NCBI GenBank assembly: GCA_030324005.1
Contig: JARDVH010000143.1
Location: 4,429,925 to 4,493,924, forward strand
Length of the DNA: 64,000 nt
Direction of reading: 5' to 3'
From: Negaprion brevirostris
Lineage: Eukaryota
Every line of letters begins with the position of its first letter. The stretch's first letter is position 1. A program made the translations under genes and the position numbers. Under the pieces are notes generated by a model. It searched no databases. It worked only from the letters and a program-made list of their open reading frames with translations, and was not told the DNA's origin. Below, one piece after another: positions 24,236-35,632 of this stretch.

Positions 24236-25760
24236 TGATTTTGATTTTTATTGTCACATATATTGGGATACAGTGAAAAGTATTGTTTCTTGCATGCTAT
24301 ACTGACAAAACACAGCATTCGTAGAATACATTGGAGGGAAGGAAAGGATAATCTCTCCCTTTTTAATGTCAACAAAATGGAGATAATCAACAACTTCAGG
24401 AAACTTAGTTGAGGACATGCCCTCGTCTACAATCAAGAAGCTTGGAGCTGTTGACCATTTCTGCTTCTGTCACTGTTGGTGTCCGGATCACCAACCATCT
24501 GCCCTAGCCCCTCCATGCTGATGCTAAATTTCAGAAAGCCCACCAATGCCTGTACTTTCTCAGGATGTTAAGGAAATTCATGTCCACTACAACTCTAACC
24601 AACTTATTACAGATGAACCATAGAAAGCATCCTTTCTGGATGTATCACAGCTCAGTGGTGGCTGTTCTGACCTAAGACTGCAAGAAACGATGAAGGGTTA
24701 TGAACATAGCCCAGCCCATCGTGCAAACCAGTCCCCCATCCATTTGACTTCCCACTGCTTCCTAAAAGCTCCCAGCATAATCAAGGACCCCAAGCACCAC
24801 AGGGAAAATGGAAAAGTCAGATCACATAAAATGACTCAAGAACACCACCTTCCCTTCTGCCAAACCTTTGGGCGTACCATACATTACCTTATCTTCCCCT
24901 AGCTATGGGGGACTGGTTTGCATGATGGGCTGAACTCTGTTCATGGCCCTTTTATAGTTTCTTGCAGTCTTAGAACAGCAGCCACTGAGCTGTGATGCAC
25001 CATAGAAAGCATCCTTTCTGGATGTACTGTAAAAGTTAGAGTTGTAGTGGACATGCTGAATTTCCTTAACATCCTGAGAAAGTAAGGCATTGGGCTTTCT
25101 GAAATTTAGCATCAGCGTGGAGGGGCTAGGGCAGGTGGTTGGTGATCTGGACATCAAGAAACTTGGAGCTGTTGACCAATTCTGCTTCTGCCACTGTTGA
25201 TTGTAGACGAGGGCATGTCCTCAACTAAGTTTCCTGAAGTTGTTGATTATCTCTGTTTTGTTGACTTTAAGGGAGAGATTATTGTCACATCATTTCACCA
25301 GATTCTGTCTTTCCTGTACTGTCTTGCTATTGTTTGAGATCTGGCCCACTACGCTGGTGTCATCAGCAAACTTAATGAAATTGGAGTGGAATTTGGCCAC
25401 ACAGTCGTAAGGTATAAGAGTACATTTAAGGTGCTGAGAAAATAGCCTTGTGGGGTACNNNNNNNNNNNNNNNNNNNNNNNNNNNNNNNNNNNNNNNNNN
25501 NNNNNNNNNNNNNNNNNNNNNNNNNNNNNNNNNNNNNNNNNNNNNNNNNNNNNNNNNNTAAGGTATAAGAGTACATTTAAGGTGCTGAGAAAATAGCCTT
25601 GTGGGGTACTGCTGTTGAGGATAATTTGTGGGGAAGGTGTTGTTGCCTATCCTTACTGATTGCAGATTAGGAAGTCTAGGATCCAGTCAGGAGGAGCTGA
25701 GCCCTAGGCTCAGGAGTTTGGATATGAGTTTTGTTGGGATAATGATGTTGAAGTCCAAAC
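24236..25760 (-). mobile_element. Rex1/Babar-type LINE relic, rearranged by inverted duplication
   Basis: The minus strand around 25340-25458 gives VPQG...IKFADDTSVVGQI (RT catalytic region). The antisense 3' tail is at 24236-24348 and a sense-oriented block at 24349-24900 (TIESILSGCITA). Confidence 0.8.
24349..25282. repeat. Long inverted repeat: arms ~24349-24737 and ~24907-25282, spacer ~170 bp
   Basis: For example CAACTTCAGGAAACTTAGTTGAGGACATGCCCTCGTCTACAATCAA (24381-24426 onward) has its exact reverse complement near 25197-25242. Confidence 0.9.
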
Positions 25761-28608
25761 TAAAGCAATAGATAAGTTGCAGGATAGATGGAGGCTGTCA
25801 GCAGGAGGCTGATCCAACCATTTGCTTGGTTGGAATTTCCAAATCAGCTTGTTGGTCTTGAAGATTGAATAAATTAAAAAGCTGGGGATTATCTTTGCTT
25901 GTATAGGGAAGAAAGTGTTATTGAAGATTCTTTCAATAGATCAGATTTGTTCCCGTTCACTAGAATGAAAAGAATTTTTACGATGTCTGATTTTTTTCTC
26001 TCTCAGTATGTTCGCATTTCAATGGACACTTGCTTGTAAGGGTTACCTGGCTCACTTGCACATTTGAAATTCTAATTGAGAAGTTGTATAACCAGGGGTG
26101 CTGTTATTGTGCTCTGTCATGTCCTATGCCAGACGTCTCTGGAAAGCCCATGTTGCACTGTTGAAATAACTATCCCATATGGGTTGAGGCAGATTATTCA
26201 ACTCAGTCCTTGGAGACAATTTTGACGGNNNNNNNNNNNNNNNNNNNNNNNNNNNNNNNNNNNNNNNNNNNNNNNNNNNNNNNNNNNNNNNNNNNNNNNN
26301 NNNNNNNNNNNNNNNNNNNNNNNNNNNNNNNNNNNNNNNNNNNNNNNNNNNNNNNNNNNNNNNNNNNNNNNNNNNNNNNNNNNNNNNNNNNNNNNNNNNN
26401 NNNNNNNNNNNNNNNNNNNNNNNNNNNNNTTTGTATTAACTTGTTAACAGTATTCTGCACTTGCTCTCTGGTATCACTTCTCAACTTTCACTGATGGTGA
26501 GGGCTTGCTCTTTTCAAGGATGAACGCACAGGTCTCAGATTCATGCATGAGTAAACCAGCATGAAAAATGAGTTTGCCTCAAGTGAGCTGGTACTGATCA
26601 GTGCATTGAGATGATCAGTAAATTGTGATGAAGCCTCTATTTATAAAGGCAGGAAGACATGATTGAGATGTGACCTACTTTAATTGCTTTGATATGTAAC
26701 AGAGGTCACTATCACTACCTTTACAGTACTGATTTTAAAAGTCCCCTTGGTAATATTGGGATTTCTGTGCAGTATTATGGGCATGTCAGATGTCTTTGCA
26801 ATTTTTATTTGACCAGGGCAACTGTATAGATTTGTTCTTCCAGTTTAATTATCTAGAGTATTTTTGAGTTGCATGTGCTAGGGATTACAACTGTCTCTGA
26901 TTAGTGGGAGAATTTTGAGTTGTTGATTGAGTGTTGCATGAATGATGTTCAAGCAAGATTGTGAAGCTCTGAGTGAGGCTATTTTGGTTCTTTTTGAAAG
27001 GCCTGTGCTGTTAAACCCACTCCTGTATCATTTTTCCCCATAGTCTTGCACATATTTCTATCTCAAATATTTGTCCTATTCCCTTTTTGAAAGTTTACTG
27101 TTGTCTGACTCCACATCTTTGGGTGGTGTATTCCAGGCTATAACTAGCTGCATTTTTAAAAAAAAAATCCCCTGCAGTGTATTTGCTGAAGTATCTATTT
27201 CCTGTAGTAGATTACCACTGTGCTCAGTAAATCTAATAGACCTGGAAGCATATTCATGTGGCGTCAAGACTATTTGATTATTTTAAAGCTTTTTAAGCAA
27301 CGGGTTATGTTCTTTTCAGAGCAGACTTGAGTGCAAAACAGGTTTTTTTTCTCAGTTATGTTCTGTTGCCTCTGCTGACTGGCTGCCAGCTATTGATGTG
27401 GGCTGTGTAAGATGGAACAGGAAGAGTGTTTCTAACAGGACACAAGATCAGGGTGCGGTCAGGTGACAGGAAAGAGATTTTACTGAGAGATGTACTTGCA
27501 CCAGTACAGCACTGCTATATATAAGCAAATGCTGTCAGAGTTGTGGTGAACTCTGTTCTTTCCATCCTTTCATTAACCCATAACTTGGACTTGGGAAATG
27601 TTTGTTTCTTGGATGTATTAGTTCCTTTGGATTTGTTAGTATTTATACATAAATACTAATGTGGCATACATGTGGGATGTTATTGATTTTGATAGTGTTG
27701 CATGTAATTGTGTGATCTGTCTAGGGTATNNNNNNNNNNNNNNNNNNNNNNNNNNNNNNNNNNNNNNNNNNNNNNNNNNNNNNNNNNNNNNNNNNNNNNN
27801 NNNNNNNNNNNNNNNNNNNNNNNNNNNNNTAGGGTATGAAGTACATATGAGCCCTATAGCTGTTTGCTTGAACTGTCCCTGTAAGGCTAGAATACTTGGG
27901 TGAATTTTGAGGTTTATCTTAATCTTTGTCTTCAGATGCTCTCCTCCCACCCCCACCCCCAAAAACCTGGGTTTCATTCCATTAAAATGCAGCTGAGTTG
28001 CTTATCTTGAGCACCGTCTGTTTCAGATGGCTAGTCATTTCATACCAGAGATTGTTAAATGTGGTATGTGAGATTCAGTAGCCTGGTAACTCTGGCATAG
28101 GCTGCCCCAGAACTCAAGTCAGATCAACTATCTTCAGTTGCTCATTTTATCTATTCAGGCCTCGGGTACTTGCGGTAAGTAGACTGTATTTTATCCAGCA
28201 TGCTGTTCTCTTTTGACATTGCCGCATTATATTAATGTTGGAAAACTCTGCTTCCATTTTGAGAGCCACAAAGGAAAATCTCCATAGTTAGGGGGGTGAT
28301 GTCAGTTACTGTTGGCATGTTTTCCCTCCTCTGTGCGGGGTTTGTAAAGATATGGAAAGGGAAACTTCTGGATTTTGTAGATTGTGGTGAACAAATTTAT
28401 ATTTAAAAAATCTGGCTTGTTTTTTGCCAAGTGCTTGTCTGGAGACTTGACTTAGAAGTAATCTTTGCTCCCTCTTAATTTTCGTATACAGCAGTTTAAT
28501 TCACCAGTGATGGTGGCAAATGCAGATGATTGCTAAGTTCTACACAAAATGCATGCTTTATGGATAGTGTTTTTTCTGTTCCTAAACAGGGTGTACTTTA
28601 TCTTGCAG

Positions 28609-28637
28609 ATAGTGACGCTGTTCAACAACGTCACAGG
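28609..28637 (+). other. RAP1A: 5' UTR part of the RAP1A first coding exon
   Basis: The 29 nt between the tcttgcag acceptor and the ATG. An alternative AG 19 nt upstream would give 48 nt. Confidence 0.6.
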
Positions 28638-28694
28638 ATGCGCGAATACAAACTGGTTGTCCTCGGTTCAGGAGGTGTGGGGAAGTCTGCGCTG
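28638..28694 (+). CDS. RAP1A: Ras-related protein Rap-1A, first coding exon (aa 1-19, MREYKLVVLGSGGVGKSAL, P-loop)
   Basis: Translation matches the Rap1 N-terminus with the G1 motif GSGGVGKS. ATG has A at -3. Donor GTAAGT at 28695. Candidate acceptors tcttgcag| (exon start 28609) and cctaaacag| (exon start 28590). Confidence 0.97.
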
Positions 28695-29276
28695 GTAAGT
28701 ATCAATAGAAACACTAACAGTAGGTCACTTATCCTATTTATAGTTTTGCTCCAGTGTGCATATATGGGAGGAATTGGGAAAGCTGCAACTTTTCTGGTGT
28801 TCGGATTGAGTTGTTTTGAACTGAATGGTAGTGATTTTGTTCAGCAACTTAGAATCATTAACCTGCGGCCCTAACTTGAGGTTCCCAACTTATGTCTTGG
28901 AGATAATCGAGACCAACCAACTTCAGCCTCCATAAGAACATAATCTTCCCTTGCCTTCTGCATCTGTTTGCTGAAATCCCCATCCATGTCTTTATTTGTT
29001 CCCATTTTCGACATTTTTACTCATCCAAAATTTCTGCTGCCTATCCCTAACTTGGAGTCCCATTCACTCCTGTCCCCACTGTGTGATTATGTTCCAGCAG
29101 TGTGTTTCTACCATTTTTATTATTTTAAATACCAGCCTAACTCCTTGCCTCCACATCTGTAACCCTCCTGCATCTCTACGATCTGNNNNNNNNNNNNNNN
29201 NNNTTCCTCATATCCTTTCATTTGCTTAGTCTCCAAGTTCTAGACCACCTTTCTAAAACATCTGCTTTTCTACCCA

Positions 29277-29400
29277 TCTCTCTCTCTCTCTCTCTCTCCT
29301 GACCTCAAAATCTCCCCCTCTCTCTCTTTTTCTCTCTCGCGCGCTCTCTCTCTCTCTCGCTCTCGACCTTGCTCTCTCTCTGTCTTTCTCTCCCCCTCCC
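29277..29400. repeat. Imperfect (CT)n microsatellite
   Basis: Long TCTCTC runs seen directly. Confidence 0.9.
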
Positions 29401-30044
29401 GCCCTCAATGTGTCCGAGTGTTTGTTAATTTTCTTGCACATTATGAAAATCTGTATCAATTGGCTGTCCATTATGCAGTGGACTTGATAGAGTTCCAATG
29501 CAGTCAATAGAAGTGAATACAAGAGCAGCTGATTGGAGATGCCACCAGCCAATACAAATTTCTGCCCTGTAGTACCTTGATCTAGGTGTACTGATATGAA
29601 CATGGGGTATAAGCATAAGAGTATCATCGACCATGATTGAGTCTGCTCCACCATTCAGTGGGCCAAATGGCCTAATTCTGCTCCTGTCTTATGGTCCTGT
29701 AGGCCATTCAGCTCTTTGAGCCTACTCCATTCACTAAGATCATGGCTGATCAGTTTGTGACCTCGCTACACTGTCACTCCTTTTTCTCCCCTACCCACTG
29801 CTACAGCCACTACCGCTCCATAACTTGTGAACCCCTTGTTTATCAAAAATCTGCCTTGCTCATGCTAATCACCTCTGATTTGAGAATGAAAATTCTATTA
29901 CAACCGTCTAACAAAAATCATCTTCAGTCTTGAATAGTAGACCTCTCATTCTTGAACTGTGTCCCCAAGTACTAGGCCTCCCACAAATGGCAATATATAA
30001 GTCAGTTTCAGTGGCAAGTGTATCTGTCTAGGCAGTATACAAAC

Positions 30045-30652
30045 CAGTGATTCCAGACCCAAAGCAATGTGGTTGACTCTTAAATGGCTAGCAAGTCACT
30101 TGGTTGTATCTAACTGCTACCAAAAAAAGTGTGAAACTGGGTGGGCTGTCTGGCATTGACCTAGACACTGGAAATGATGGCCACCTTAGCCTTGTTGATT
30201 CTGCAAAGTCCTCCATCTGTGAGCTAGTTCCAAAATTGGGAGAGCTGTCACTCAGACACAGCAGCCAGCTCAATTGATGCTCTTGCCACAAACACCATCA
30301 ATGAACAATGGCAGCAGTGTGTACTGTCTATAAGATGCACTTCAGGAAATGTGCTTCTGAGGCAGCACATTCAGATCCCACGACTACCATCTAGAAAGAT
30401 GAGGGCCGCAGATACCTGGGCGCACCACCCTGGAAGCTCCCCCTGCTCTCAATCATTCTGACCTAGAAATATATCACTATTCCTTCACTTGCTATGTTAA
30501 GGTGCTAGAAATTCCTGCTTAACAGCACTGTGGATGTACTTACACTCTGGGACTGCAGCAATTCAAGGCAGTGGTTCACCATCTTAAGGGCAACTAGGGA
30601 TGGACAACAAGTACTGGCCTGGCCAGTGATATCCACATCCCATAAATAAAAC
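30045..30652 (+). mobile_element. Internally deleted CR1/L2-group LINE derivative (5' part joined to 3' end)
   Basis: Shares AGCAATGTGGTTGACTC with the SINE at 17881. From ~30290 it matches the LINE 3' end seen at 13615-13930. Confidence 0.7.
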
Positions 30653-33225
30653 TTGGAAGTACTACTGTAGCTAAACTTGAAATTTGACTTGACATTGAAT
30701 CTGCACATGTACCTGTTAAGTGGGCATCAAAGCCTTGTTCATCAAGTGAAGCACCAAAACAGATTGGCCATTTTTCTCATTACTGTTTGTGGACTTTATC
30801 TCTGTAAATTGACTGCTACTGTTTCCTTAAGTGACTGACTACATTAAGGTTCATCTTTTGGGTGTAAAGTGCTTTTCATTATTGAGGATATAAAATGCTC
30901 AATAAATGTGAATTCTTGAAGTATTACTACTTGCTGGACCAATAAGCGGAAAACCTTAAGAACAAGCCATTAAATGAAACTGCATTTGAGGCATGACTCT
31001 GTGACTTGCAATGATATTAATCATTTTAGTCTTGCACCTTATAACATTTTACCCTGAAACAAGTCTTCATTAAGTTGAATCAACAGATAATGTGATCTGA
31101 TAAAGCATGTCCCTGAATCTTCCAAATTGAACACAGTTTCATCAGTAATTGAAATAAATTCAAGAGCATTGCCTCTGTTTAAATTTTCAATAGTTCCCCA
31201 GTGAATAGATTTTCCTTTACATTTAACAGCATAAAGTCCATAATCAGTTTGATATGTTATTGGATTTCTTAATGGGTTTTTGTCCACAAATTGTCAGCCC
31301 CCCAGCTATGCCAGGGATTGTACGCTTTGCGCATTGACTGTATTTTAATTAGAAATATATCTGCATAAAGAGTAACAGTAACATCAACTTTTTTCCCTAA
31401 ATTGTGAATTAATTACATTAGGAAGTTCTCTGCTTTTCTGTCTAGTTGGCTTTTGTCTGCTGGTTATGGTTCCTGGTTTAATGAAGTGGTAGCCATGTTG
31501 AACACAAGCAACTTTAATGTTCCCCCCCTTTCGCTCTAAGTCTCACAGTACCCAGCAAACCATTCCCATTTCTTTGCTTCAATGTTCATGTTGCATGACC
31601 TGTTTTCACTTATTCCCTAAGGATGCCTAACATTTCTCTCTTCCCTCTGATGTCCTTGGTGTATGCAATCCATTGAGGGTGGGTGATTGCAGCCTGTCAG
31701 TTGCTTTATTGTAATTTCTCAATTGTCCCTGGTCTCAGCCTCATAATTCTGCATCGGAAACAGTTTTTGCCATCCTTGATACGCTGACTTTTCTTTGGTC
31801 AGGTTGATGCTTTCCTGGCTCTTGGGACATTGCTTGTCTTTATTATCCACGTTGTTTTCTTTGAATTACTTGGCAGTCTGGATACTATGTCTTATTACTT
31901 TGTTTTCTAACTGTATGATCTAGTGCAAGCACCCTTAGTTATTTATCTTCAGCCCCTCCAAAGCTTCCCAAATTTGTCAATTGCTATTGTGCTCTTATCC
32001 TGTCTCCACTTTATGGCTGATGTAGGGTTGTTGTTTTACAATCTCGCTCCGTAATCTCCCCGAGTATCCTTTGGGTGTCAAGGGTGCAGAACCAGTTGTG
32101 CAATCCAAATAGGAAAACATCTAGAGTTTGGTTTGTTCAGAATTTTAATAAACTATATAATCAAGTATCATTTATTGGAACCCCTCTGACTAAATGGAAA
32201 TTTCCTGGGGCAGCCCAGTTATAATTTGCCCCTGATTTCCTCCCATAGCCTGCTATATACCCTGGGTGTTTCAAACAAAACTTATTGAGAATGGTGCTGC
32301 TGCAGCCTAGACTGCTGAGAATGTTTGTTTGTGCAGTGGAAGTCAGTCGTGTTTCGTTCTGTACATGCTGAATCAACAGCTGGTCGGGTATCCGGTGTAA
32401 ACATCAACAATTGTAACTTCAAAGTAGGTGTGATTCACGCCTGCTTGCAGATCAACTTGATTTGCCTAACAGTTGCTCAGTGCCTGATGTGCCCTGCTTT
32501 GCTATTCAAGACATTCTGGTGTGTAACTGTCTGAAGCATCCAATTGCTCGGATTCCATTCAATTTTACATTAGTTGGCAGCTGTACTCCAAATATTGTGA
32601 CTAGTTAGTTTATCTCTAGTGCTGCTGGTGAAATGGAAGGGAGCTAAATGAAATATTCCTGTATTCAGTGCCTAACAATTTAATCAAACTATAATGCACT
32701 TGGGCCACCTGTCAGTTTTGTTTCTTTGCTATACGGTCAGCTTTTTAAGTGTACTTAATCTTGTTGGCTTCTGAAATATCTTTCCCGATCCTGTGAACAA
32801 ACAAACCCCGTCTTTTTTTTTTTGTTTTGCACATTCATTTTACACTATACTGAGGTCTTAATATTGAAGCAGTCTTGACATCTAAAGCAGTATACCCTTG
32901 CAAGTCTGTGTCCTGCTTGTTTTAGTGAAGCTTAGATTTGGTGTGCTGGTTTGTCACTTGTGCCGGGCGTACAAAATTTTACTGGTGCAAAAAATATAGG
33001 GCAACTTGACAGTGACCTAGAAAAGAGCAGCATTTACAGTATAGGAGCTATCCACCATGTCAGTGCCAGCTCTCATTCAGCTAGTTCCATTTTCCCCTGG
33101 TTTGTAAATATTGTCTTCAGTTGTTTATCCAGTTCTGTCACACCATGGTTGAAACTGCTTCCACTACACTCTTAAGACTGCATGCTTTAAAAAAAAATAA
33201 GGGTTTTCCTTATTTATATTTCACT

Positions 33226-33512
33226 GTAGTTAGCACTGCTGTCTCAGTGCCAGGGACCTGGGTTCAATTCCCAGCCTGTGTAGAGTTTGCATGTTCTCCC
33301 TGTATCTGCATGGGTTTCTGCCGACTGCTCCAGTTTCTTCTTCTCAGTTCAAAGATGTGTGGGTTAGGTGTGTTAGCCATGTTGAATTGACCCTTACTGT
33401 CAGGGGGTCTAGTTAGGGTAAATGCATGGGATTATGGGGGTAGGGCTTGGGTAGGATTATGATCGGTGCAGGACAAATGGCTGCCTTCTGCACTGTGGGG
33501 ATTCTGAGATTC
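33226..33512 (+). mobile_element. HE1/V-SINE-type SINE, tail A
   Basis: GTTAGCACTGCTGTCTCAG..GGGTTCAATTCCC head, V-core, and TTCTGCACTGTGGGATTCT tail. Confidence 0.85.
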
Positions 33513-34089
33513 TTATGTCAAATTGATTTTTGCCCATTTCATCTTAAATTGACCATTCCATTAATGAGAACAGTTTGTCCCTATCTAGTCTGTTTGTTTA
33601 GACCCCCTCCGTGATTTTTGAACACTTCTTCTATCAATTCTCTGCTCAACTTTTTTAGGAGAACAAACCCAGTTTCTTCCCACTAACTGAAGTCCCTTTA
33701 CGACGACGACGACGCCCCCCTCCCCCACTTAAATCTTTCATCCCCTCATTAACTAAGAATCTATCTAGCTGTCTTTCAATTTCTTAATTTCTTTGATGGG
33801 GAGGACAAAATGTAATTCTTTTGCTAATGAAAAGCTAATATAATTCTCTCATTTTTCTAAAATGTTACTTATTGGGAACAATATTTTTTCTCTTTGTCAT
33901 TTGCTGCACCCTCCCCATTTTATTCCATTAAATTGAAAGTAAAATTTGGTATTTATAATTTGAACCAAATTAATGACCATTACATTTTGTTAATATTATT
34001 GTCACTGGAATTTTGAGGTGGGTCATATCTTGTATCTCTTGAGCAGTGTCAAATATTCAACCATCAGACTTGGACGTGAATTTGAACAC

Positions 34090-34261
34090 ACTGCTTCTTG
34101 GCCTTTTGGCTAAGATCAAGTGTCTGTCAGATCAAGCCCCAAGATGGGGAGCAATGCCTTATCTTTCATCTTGGATCTTGTTTGTCTCTCTTCAGTGGAT
34201 CATGAATTGGATTCAGTTAGAATTTGTGATTGATTTTTGGAGTAAACAGGAAATGGATTAG
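34090..34261 (+). pseudogene. U2 snRNA-derived element, copy B
   Basis: ACTGCTTCTTGGCCTTTTGGCTAAGATCAAGTGT matches U2 nt 1-34 (ATCGCTTCTCGGCCTTTTGGCTAAGATCAAGTGT) at 31/34. Sm-site-like GATTTTTGGAG at 34232-34242 is followed by CAGGAAATGGATTAG, resembling U2 CAGGGAGATGGAATAG. Confidence 0.85.
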
Positions 34262-34554
34262 AGACAAAAAGAAAATACAGCAGGAAATGCAGAGCCAAGC
34301 AACTCGTCCAAAACTCAGTTGACCCACTGTATCCTGTCTTAAGTTGCAGTTGAACTTTCTGGGCACTGATTGGCCTTAGCAGTCATCTATAGCCACTGGA
34401 ACCCTACCAAACATCCCAAATGACGATTGTGGTCGTCTTNNNNNNNNNNCTTCACCTCAAAGGATGAACAAGATCAAAAAATATTAGACACCAAGCCTCC
34501 ATAAAGGTATCATTGCCTTAGGTGATTTAAAAACATGGTGAAAGTGCAGCTTTA

Positions 34555-35120
34555 ACAGCATCTTAGTGTTAGCAGTGGCTACCACCAAGGTTATGAGGTA
34601 AGATCCCACTCCACAGAGCAAACTGTATGAATCTAACTCAGACAGTAGCCTGTATTGTACCTTCTTTGAACTGCTGTCTTTTGGACAGCTGTTAAAGGAG
34701 GGCTGTGTCTACTCTATCCATGGGTGTAATTGATTCTTTATCAGTCATTTGAATAACAGGAGAGTTCTGCTAAATATCCTGTGCAATATTTATCTCTCAA
34801 TCAACATCACTGAAAGATATATCTAGTCGTTATCACATTCCTGCTGCCATCAGACTTTTGAATTGACTTACCTCACATTAAGCTGATCTTTCTTACACCC
34901 TAATTACGACTGTATCACTACATTCTGCAGTCTCTCCTTTCCTTCTCTATGAACGGTACGTTTTGTCTATACAGCACACAAGAAACAATACTTTCACTGT
35001 ATACTAATACATACGACAATCATTGCTATTTATGGGATCTGGCTGTGTGAAAATTGGTTACTTATTACAAAGTACTTTCAGACAGCCCACGATTCTAAAA
35101 TGCATCGAATAATATTTTTC
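34555..35120 (+). mobile_element. Deu-SINE-like element interrupted by a Rex1-type LINE 3' tail (~34845-35020)
   Basis: The SINE text TTATCACATT(...)CATTGCTATTTATGGGATCT is split by CTCTATGAACGGTACG..AAGAAACAATACTTTCACTGTATAC..GACAAT. Confidence 0.6.
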
Positions 35121-35283
35121 TCTTTTGTTTAAAGGAAGTGGAGGGAATTTAAGCATACAACCTTACAAACAGTGATAAAGGAAAGTTTGTTGAGTTGGAA
35201 GAAGTTATAGAGATAGGGAGGGAAAAAGCCTCAAAGACCTCATTGATATTTAAACTTGTATCTGTCACCCTTCAAAGAATGTT

Positions 35284-35632
35284 AAGTTTAAAGTTTAATT
35301 ACTAGTCACAAGTAGACTTACATTAACACTGCAATGAAGTTACTGTGAAAATCTCCTAGTCGCCACGTTCTGGTGCCTGTTTGGGTACACTGAGGGATTA
35401 TATCTGTTGGCCTTCAAAGAATATTAAGTTTAAAGTTTACTTATTAGTCACTGCAATGAAGTTAATGTGAAAATTCCTTAGTCACCACACTCCAACGCCT
35501 GTTTGGGTGCACAGAGGGAGAATTTCACATGGCCAGTGCACCTAACCAGCATGTCTTTCAGCCTGTGGGAGGAAATCCATGTAGACACGGAGACTCCACA
35601 CAGACAGTGACCCAAGCAGGGAATCGAACCTG
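35284..35632 (-). mobile_element. HE1/V-SINE-type SINE, tail B, with duplicated tail
   Basis: Reverse complement of the 21905 and 46681 elements. The tail block occurs twice. Confidence 0.8.

Noticed and set aside
25408-25608. Exact ~50-bp direct repeat TAAGGTATAAGAGTACATTTAAGGTGCTGAGAAAATAGCCTTGTGGGGTAC
   Set aside because: The copies sit on either side of a 100-N gap, so this is an unmerged contig overlap.
28530-28874. 114-aa ORF containing the Rap1 P-loop as a single-exon gene
   Set aside because: Only 28638-28694 is Rap1. The rest is read-through past the GTAAGT donor.
29253-29654. 133-aa minus-strand ORF rich in RE repeats
   Set aside because: Translation of the (CT)n microsatellite.
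34090-34261. Functional U2 snRNA gene
   Set aside because: The branch-point recognition sequence is disrupted, stem II is heavily diverged and the 3' stem IV is missing.
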